64,000 nt of DNA from Bacteroidota bacterium (GTDB taxonomy: Bacteria > Bacteroidota > Bacteroidia > Bacteroidales > FEN-979), in contig JAPLDF010000067.1 of assembly GCA_026391835.1 (NCBI GenBank), positions 48,120 to 112,119 on the forward strand, in the 5' to 3' direction. Below the pieces are notes generated by a model. That model saw only the letters and a list, made by a program, of their open reading frames with translations, was not told the origin of the DNA and searched no databases. Shown here in pieces: positions 58,504 through 64,000 of the stretch (position 1 is the stretch's first letter; the number at the start of each line of letters is the position of its first letter). Both the position numbers and the translations under genes were made by a program.

Positions 58504-59436
58504 TTATCTCAATGTTTCGTAATGCTTTTTTACATCTTCTTTGTGCAGAGAGGCTGTGTATCTGGTATCACGATTTGAGGAGCTTTTTAAAAGATCATTA
58601 ATGTTCCCCTGGATCGTTCTTGCTGAGACTGGTTTTTTTCCTGCACAAATGATTTCCGCAACTTTTTTATACATTTCTGTTTTTGTTGCCGCAAACTCGG
58701 ATTGATAATAATGGATGAAGCCGAGGAAATCAAACATGGCAATTTTATAGGGAACATCATTTGAATAAACAAGCTTTATAAGTTCATCCTTTGATTGTTC
58801 GTTAAGTACACTGACTTTTGGTAGGTTCAGGAACCCATTTTCATACAATGCCAGTTTCAGTATTTCAAAGGATCCAATCGGAATATCGAACACTTGTCTC
58901 GGCAAATTCAAATTATTCAGTGATGGATATTGTATATTAATGGTGTCCGTGGGGAACCCAAGTTTCAGGCAAATATCAGTAAAGGGGATTTCATAGATAC
59001 CGCAGCATTTTTGCAATTCAGCAAAGAGCAAATGATACAGGATGTTACAGCCCTTCATGAACTTTAGATCATGGTCTGGGAGGTGTGAATTATCCAGTAC
59101 CAGTAAATTTCCAATCTTGTTTAACACAGGAGCACGATCGTTAATGCCTTTTTTAGAAAGGTTGGCATGTAAATCAGGCTTACTCGCTGTGAAGGACACA
59201 TGGTTTTTGGACTTCATCAACCTGGACACGTAGAGCTTGACGATGTCAGCCTTTTGTTCAACGGTAGTATTGACCACCAAATTGTTTTCAAGTTCATTGC
59301 CGAAGGGCTCAACAAAAAACTCAGCGATATTCTCCTCAGATTCCAGGAGGGTGGACTCTTGCGGGTGTCCCGGAGAAAGACGATCAACGGGCGTTTTCAG
59401 CAAATCAACACATTGGTCTAAGTAGGAATATTGCAT
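58504..59436 (-). CDS. Hypothetical protein
   Basis: 310-aa AT-rich ORF directly downstream of tRNA-Val; no motif recognised. Confidence 0.7.
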   Translation of the reverse strand: MQYSYLDQCVDLLKTPVDRLSPGHPQESTLLESEENIAEFFVEPFGNELENNLVVNTTVEQKADIVKLYVSRLMKSKNHVSFTASKPDLHANLSKKGINDRAPVLNKIGNLLVLDNSHLPDHDLKFMKGCNILYHLLFAELQKCCGIYEIPFTDICLKLGFPTDTINIQYPSLNNLNLPRQVFDIPIGSFEILKLALYENGFLNLPKVSVLNEQSKDELIKLVYSNDVPYKIAMFDFLGFIHYYQSEFAATKTEMYKKVAEIICAGKKPVSARTIQGNINDLLKSSSNRDTRYTASLHKEDVKKHYETLR

Positions 59437-59517
59437 TATGGGTTAAATTGTATTAAATTGAGTGCTTAGAAAAATGTGCGTTTTCGAATGTTCTGAGGTT
59501 ACATTTAGGGTTACATG

Positions 59518-59554
59518 AAAAAAGGGTTTCAGATTTTTATTCTCTGAAACCCTT
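59518..59554 (-). terminator. Intrinsic terminator after tRNA-Val
   Basis: AAGGGTTTCAG / CTGAAACCCTT stem with T-run on the minus strand. Confidence 0.75.
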
Positions 59555-59562
59555 GTCTTTGT

Positions 59563-59640
59563 TGGTGGGAGCAACAGGATTCGAACCTGTGACCCTCTGC
59601 TTGTAAGGCAGATGCTCTGAACCGGCTGAGCTATGCTCCC
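59563..59640 (-). tRNA. tRNA-Val (anticodon TAC)
   Basis: GGGAGCATAGCTCAGCCGGTTCAGAGCATCTGCC-TTACAA-GCAGAGGGTCACAGGTTCGAATCCTGTTGCTCCCACCA; cloverleaf, encoded CCA; TACATTTG promoter box upstream. Confidence 0.97.
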
Positions 59641-59716
59641 TCAATTGAGGGTGCAAATGTAAAAAGATTTCCCGGATATCCAAGCGCGTTCACAATGTTT
59701 CTGACAGTTAATTTTC

Positions 59717-59724
59717 TAATTTTG
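59717..59724 (+). promoter_or_regulatory. TAnnTTTG -7 box for the MFS gene
   Basis: TAATTTTGC, divergent from the tRNA promoter. Confidence 0.6.
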
Positions 59725-59777
59725 CACACGGGTTCGATCCCTGTTGCTACAAATATCGTTTTTACTGCCCCACTGCC

Positions 59778-60944
59778 ATGAATGACAAACTCTGGAACAG
59801 GGATTTTACCTTGCTCACCCTTTCCAATTTTTTGATGTGTTGCGCCTATTATTCACTGATCTCAACACTTCCCGTCTATATATCGCATGAGCTGCTTGCC
59901 CCCGAAAGCCTGGTCGGGCTGGTGATGGCCAGCTACGTGGTTGCAGCGATCCTGATCCGCCCGTTTTGCGGGTTCAGCCTCGACAAATATGGCAGAAAGG
60001 CAATTTTCCTGGCATCCCTGCTTATTTATGCCTTCACCTTCAATGGTTACCTCATTGCAACCTCCATCCTGATGATGACCGGGGTCCGCTTTGTGCATGG
60101 CATGACCTGGGGGCTGACCACCACCTCCAATTCAACCGTGGCCGGGGATATCATCCCTGGAAACAAAAGGGGAGAGGGCTTTGGCTACTTTGGCGTTTCG
60201 ACCACTGCCGGGATGGCCCTCGGACCCATGATCGGGGCGATCATCTTCCAGCATGGCGGTTATACGGCGATGTTCCTGGCAGGCTGCCTCATCAGCCTTG
60301 TCAGCATGGGGCTTGCCGCCCTGATCAGGTACCCGGCCTATTATATGCCAAAAGCAAATCTTGAATTCAAATGGAAGAACCTGGTTGAGACGAGCACCGT
60401 AATCCCCTCCCTCAATTTGCTGATCATCATGCTGACCTACGGCGGACTGATCTCCTTCGTTGCCCTGTTCGGGCATGAAATCGGCATCGGCAACCCGTCC
60501 GGTTTCTTCCTGATCTACGCCATCGGGATCATCAGTTCGAGGTTCGCCGTTGGAAAAGCCCTTGACCGCAACGGACCACGCATCATCATCATGTTCTGTC
60601 TTTCGCTGCTGATCATCGGGTTTCCGCTCCTTGCCCTCTGGCAAAACCAGGCAGGGTTTTTTACTGCCGCACTGATCCTCGGGTTTGGAAATGGCGTTGT
60701 ATTCCCAACCTTTCAAACCATGACAAACAACATGGTGCCTGCTTCCCGCCGGGGGGCAGCCAGCTCCACGCTGTTTATCGCAGTCGATATCGGGATGGGC
60801 CTGGGAATGATCCTCGTGGGTGTGATCGCCCAGTATTTCTCCATTTCAACGGCCTTCCTCGTATGTTCCGGTATCGGGGCGGCAGGGCTGGCCATGTTCC
60901 TGATCACTACGCTAAAGTACTACCAACACCATAAGAACAATTGA
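59778..60944 (+). CDS. MFS transporter
   Basis: KLWNRDF start, GFSLDKYGRK motif A, RGEGFGYFG, ~12 TM. Confidence 0.92.
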   Translation: MNDKLWNRDFTLLTLSNFLMCCAYYSLISTLPVYISHELLAPESLVGLVMASYVVAAILIRPFCGFSLDKYGRKAIFLASLLIYAFTFNGYLIATSILMMTGVRFVHGMTWGLTTTSNSTVAGDIIPGNKRGEGFGYFGVSTTAGMALGPMIGAIIFQHGGYTAMFLAGCLISLVSMGLAALIRYPAYYMPKANLEFKWKNLVETSTVIPSLNLLIIMLTYGGLISFVALFGHEIGIGNPSGFFLIYAIGIISSRFAVGKALDRNGPRIIIMFCLSLLIIGFPLLALWQNQAGFFTAALILGFGNGVVFPTFQTMTNNMVPASRRGAASSTLFIAVDIGMGLGMILVGVIAQYFSISTAFLVCSGIGAAGLAMFLITTLKYYQHHKNN

Positions 60945-61044
60945 TTTACGAATTACGATTTACGATTTTCGATTGAGTGCTAAAATGACGATCACGGATC
61001 AGCAACCGCCAATCGTAAATCCAAAATCGTAAATCGTAAATCCC
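60942..61044. repeat. Inverted pair of 7-bp arrays (CGATTTA-like x5 ... AAATCGT-like x5)
   Basis: Left arm begins with the MFS TGA stop; right arm ends just before the stop of the convergent gene. Confidence 0.92.
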
Positions 61045-61045
61045 C

Positions 61046-61501
61046 TTATTTTGGAAGACGCCCAAAAAACCTTTTCAGGTTCCTGTGAAATTTATGAAAC
61101 CCCGTCACGGGATCGGCATACATCAGGATGCACTCCCCGGTGACCAGGTTTCCTGTGTAGCCCTTTGTTAATTCAAGGGTTTCGGGCGTATCGGACATCT
61201 GCTGGATCCAGATGTTTTTGATCCCGCCTGCCATGGCTTCGGCCACAACCTCCCTGGTCTGTTTTTTCCCCGTAACGATGATTAAACTTTGAGTCCCGGG
61301 GGGTAAAGCGCTAACGCTGCGGAAACAGGGGGTGCCTGCAATGTCATCCGTTCCGGGGTTGATCGGAAGGACTTCAAATCCTTTCTCCTTGAGCTGTTTG
61401 AAAACGACGTGTCCAAACTTTTTCGGGTCCCTTGAAACACCCGCGATGGCGATGCTGTGCGCCGAAAGAAAGGAGTCAATGGATGCTTTGGTTGCTTTCA
61501 T
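61046..61501 (-). CDS. CoA-binding protein (YccU-like)
   Basis: IAIAGVSRDPKKFG, PINP, IWIQ, GECILM. Confidence 0.9.
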   Translation of the reverse strand: MKATKASIDSFLSAHSIAIAGVSRDPKKFGHVVFKQLKEKGFEVLPINPGTDDIAGTPCFRSVSALPPGTQSLIIVTGKKQTREVVAEAMAGGIKNIWIQQMSDTPETLELTKGYTGNLVTGECILMYADPVTGFHKFHRNLKRFFGRLPK

Positions 61502-62445
61502 GGTTTGTTTTTTAGGTTGTTGCCAAACTCAGGCGAAATATAGTTGTCAAGGCCCAGGCATACATCGGCAGAAAAACGGATGGCCGATTCAATAAGGCAA
61601 TCCAGCAGCCATGCAGGCAGGGTACCGGGCATTGGCAGCATGGAAGTTCCCGGCAGGGTGGTTGCCGCATGGATGATCCCTGCATTGAAGGCGTCACCAG
61701 CCCCGATGGTGCTTACCGGCTCTATCTGGGGTACGCGATATGTTGTGGCCACCCCGTCCTGAATTACCTCGACACCCTTACTGCTCTTTGTATAAACCAG
61801 CAGGGGGCACCCTGCCTCATGCACATGGCGGAATGCTTGCTGTGCATCGGGCGCGTTGAAAATATTTTTGAAGTCTTCATCCGACCCCCGCACCAGGTTG
61901 GCCATGCCCATGTTCTCCATGATCCATGGCCTGACGGTTTCGAGTTCACCGAGGTGGGCGCTCCTGAAGTTCGGGTCATAGATGATAAATGCCCCACCGG
62001 CTTTTGCAGCCCGGACGAATCCCGTTATTTTTGAACGGAGAGAATTCGTGATGGCGTAAATGGAGCCGAACAGAACAATATCACCGGGTTCCACCCCGGG
62101 AAAGGGGCAGATGAGCCGTTCTTCGGGCAGTATCTTGTAGAAAGAATAATCCGCGTTTTTCTGCTGATCGAGAAAAGCCAGGGCAAGCGACGTTTTGCCG
62201 TTGCTGTAACGGCTGACATATTCGGTAGATACGCCATTGTTTGATAAAAACTCCTGGATGATATTCCCGGGATGGTCGGTGCCGAAATCACTTATAAAGA
62301 AGACCTTTGTTCCCGCCCTGCCGAGCGACACGGCAGAATTAAGCATCGAGCCGCCGGGGGTGGCCGACAAGGGCTGATCCTCCCTGAAAATGATGTCGAG
62401 AACCGTCTCCCCGATACAAAATACCCTGCCGGCTTCTTTAGTCAT
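61498..62445 (-). CDS. PfkB family carbohydrate kinase (fructokinase-like)
   Basis: IGETVLD, PGGSMLN, YDPNFR, STIGAGDAFNAG. Confidence 0.92.
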   Translation of the reverse strand: MTKEAGRVFCIGETVLDIIFREDQPLSATPGGSMLNSAVSLGRAGTKVFFISDFGTDHPGNIIQEFLSNNGVSTEYVSRYSNGKTSLALAFLDQQKNADYSFYKILPEERLICPFPGVEPGDIVLFGSIYAITNSLRSKITGFVRAAKAGGAFIIYDPNFRSAHLGELETVRPWIMENMGMANLVRGSDEDFKNIFNAPDAQQAFRHVHEAGCPLLVYTKSSKGVEVIQDGVATTYRVPQIEPVSTIGAGDAFNAGIIHAATTLPGTSMLPMPGTLPAWLLDCLIESAIRFSADVCLGLDNYISPEFGNNLKNKP

Positions 62446-62527
62446 TTGGTATGTTCATGTGATAGGATTTATTTTTTTGGCCATATGGAAAATCCGGAAT
62501 TTAGTCCAGTCCGAAAGGTGTTTATTA

Positions 62528-62707
62528 GTCACAAAGTCACAAAGTCACAAAGTCACAAAGTCACAAGGTCACAAAGTCACAAGGTCACAAAGTCACAAGG
62601 TCACAAAGTCACAAAGTCACAAGGTCAAAAGGTCACAAGGTTTCACCAGGCTTATACTGCAGATATACACTGCTTTGTGCATCTTTGTGTTTTGGTGTCC
62701 TGGTGGC
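62528..62707. repeat. 8-bp tandem array (GTCACAAR x14) with a degenerate inverted arm
   Basis: 14 units 62528-62639; CTTTGTGC..CTTTGTGT TTTGGTGT CCTGGTGGC at 62673-62707. Confidence 0.95.
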
Positions 62708-62845
62708 ATTTTCCTGTTTGCAGTTTTTTAGAGTAAATTCGGTTTTCATGAAATTTGTTCCTATGGATATTCATGTGTCAATGATGTAAATCCGGTTTTT
62801 AAAATACTCCCACAAGGTACAAAAACTACTTTGAATGCTTGCATC

Positions 62846-62987
62846 TATTGCAGTTGGCTTTAGCCAACTGTTTATGGGGTGATGTAATTCATCTGGCTTT
62901 AGCCACATTGTGTCTCAAATAAATAGGGCTGAAGCCCCTGCTTTGCAGAATCATCAAGTTAGCAGTCAGCTGAAGCAGACTGCAATA
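62846..62987. mobile_element. Non-autonomous multi-hairpin (GGCTTTAGCC/GGCTGAAGCC) element, copy 2
   Basis: TATTGCAG...CTGCAATA ends, four hairpins with TTTA/TGAA centres; matches 51823-51919. Confidence 0.7.
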
Positions 62988-63141
62988 AATAGTTCTTCAA
63001 ATGTTTACCGCAGCTTTGCTTCAATTACCTTTCAATCCTTGATTTACATTGATAATTTGTTCCACTGGATATTTCATGCTTGCAGTTAAAACGATGTCTA
63101 AGGTTTATTTCGCTGGGATCATCCGAAACAGGGCAGGCAGA

Positions 63142-64000
63142 TCAATATTCAATTTCAAGATCCAGCTCCTCCCTGAGGGTACGCAGGGCGGGATTTTTGC
63201 CGGCCATCAGTTCAAACTTTTCTTTGTCGGTGTATGGCTTCAGTGTTTGCTGCGATTCGGCAATGGTTGTTTTGAGTTGAATTTTAAAGTTGTTCAGCTG
63301 CATGCGTAAAAATTCCATCATATCGGTCTTGCGCAGGGTGAGCTCATCTTCAAGCACCTTGTTGTCGAGCGTGAAGGTGATGTTCCAGTTATCCTGGAGC
63401 ACCGGCCGTGAATTTTTCAACGTGGAGTAGAGGTGCGGCGACTCATTTTTCAACTTATCGGCATATTCGTCCCAGCAAAGGATCAGTTCCGTCTGGGTAA
63501 ACGGGGTGGTTATCTCATACCTGGCAAGGTCCTCGTCGTTGGCCAGGGCGTCATTCCCTGTTTTTGACACCGGTTTCCTGATCGAGGTGGTGCTGGTAAA
63601 ATCACTTTTAATGTCCCGCATCCTGACTGTTTCCGACGGTTTCCTTGGAGGAGTTTCTGCCGGGGATCCCGAAGATTCCGGTTGCCCGGGCCCGGCTTCG
63701 GCATGCTGTACGACGGGGGCGGGAGGTTGTGGGTGGGAAGCCGGCGGTTGCACGGTTGTTTCCTGTGATGGCAAGCCCGGAACAACCGCTACAGGCGCGG
63801 GTTTTGGCGGGGCAGGCGGTGCGATGGCAGCAGCGGGAGGCGCTGTTTGACCACCGTTTTGCCGGATCATCGGGGCGCACATCTGCATCAGCGAAAGTTC
63901 AAGATGCAGACGCTTGTTGTTGCTGGTTTTGTAGTTCAGGTCGCAACGGTTGTTGATGTCGAGCAGCGTCAGCAACAGGCTTACAGGGCACCGGGCCGAC
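63142..64000 (-). CDS. dnaX: DNA polymerase III subunit gamma/tau, C-terminal part (5' end beyond the window)
   Basis: CDLNYKTSNNKRLHLELSLMQ, Pro/Ala linker, C-terminal PYTDKEKF...KNPAL..LREELDL. Confidence 0.85.
   Translation of the reverse strand, partial: SARCPVSLLLTLLDINNRCDLNYKTSNNKRLHLELSLMQMCAPMIRQNGGQTAPPAAAIAPPAPPKPAPVAVVPGLPSQETTVQPPASHPQPPAPVVQHAEAGPGQPESSGSPAETPPRKPSETVRMRDIKSDFTSTTSIRKPVSKTGNDALANDEDLARYEITTPFTQTELILCWDEYADKLKNESPHLYSTLKNSRPVLQDNWNITFTLDNKVLEDELTLRKTDMMEFLRMQLNNFKIQLKTTIAESQQTLKPYTDKEKFELMAGKNPALRTLREELDLEIEY

Noticed and set aside
47900-59562. Prophage or defence island
   Set aside because: No phage structural, integrase, nuclease or recognisable defence genes.
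10447-62707. Tandem arrays as CRISPR arrays
   Set aside because: Units are 7-11 bp with no unique spacers, and no cas genes are in the window.

Overview
64 kb of a Bacteroidota chromosome, probably Bacteroidales. Evidence: TAnnTTTG promoters, T9SS genes and tamL. Core content: a T9SS/gliding locus (murF-gldJ-porP <> porU-porU-porV-ispF, plus the T9SS plug gene), four T9SS cargo proteins, futalosine menaquinone genes (mqnB, mqnD, mqnE), thiF-thiS, folC, anmK, rfaD, rpsF-rpsR-rplI, tamL, tRNA-Val(TAC) and the 3' part of dnaX. A decaying accessory region (~47.9-59.5 kb) abuts the tRNA 3' end and holds internally deleted genes and several miniature non-autonomous elements. Most unusual signals: (1) A window-wide family of 7-bp and 8-bp tandem arrays. 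Their unit sequences differ but the architecture is shared: several start exactly in a stop codon, two decay away from the stop, and many have an inverted second arm. One array follows a truncated four-helix-bundle gene and another sits in frame inside rfaD. (2) Two tandem, catalytically intact PorU sortase paralogues. (3) A secreted streptopain-fold protein lacking its catalytic Cys/His and propeptide. All calls come from motif recognition by eye; no searches were run.
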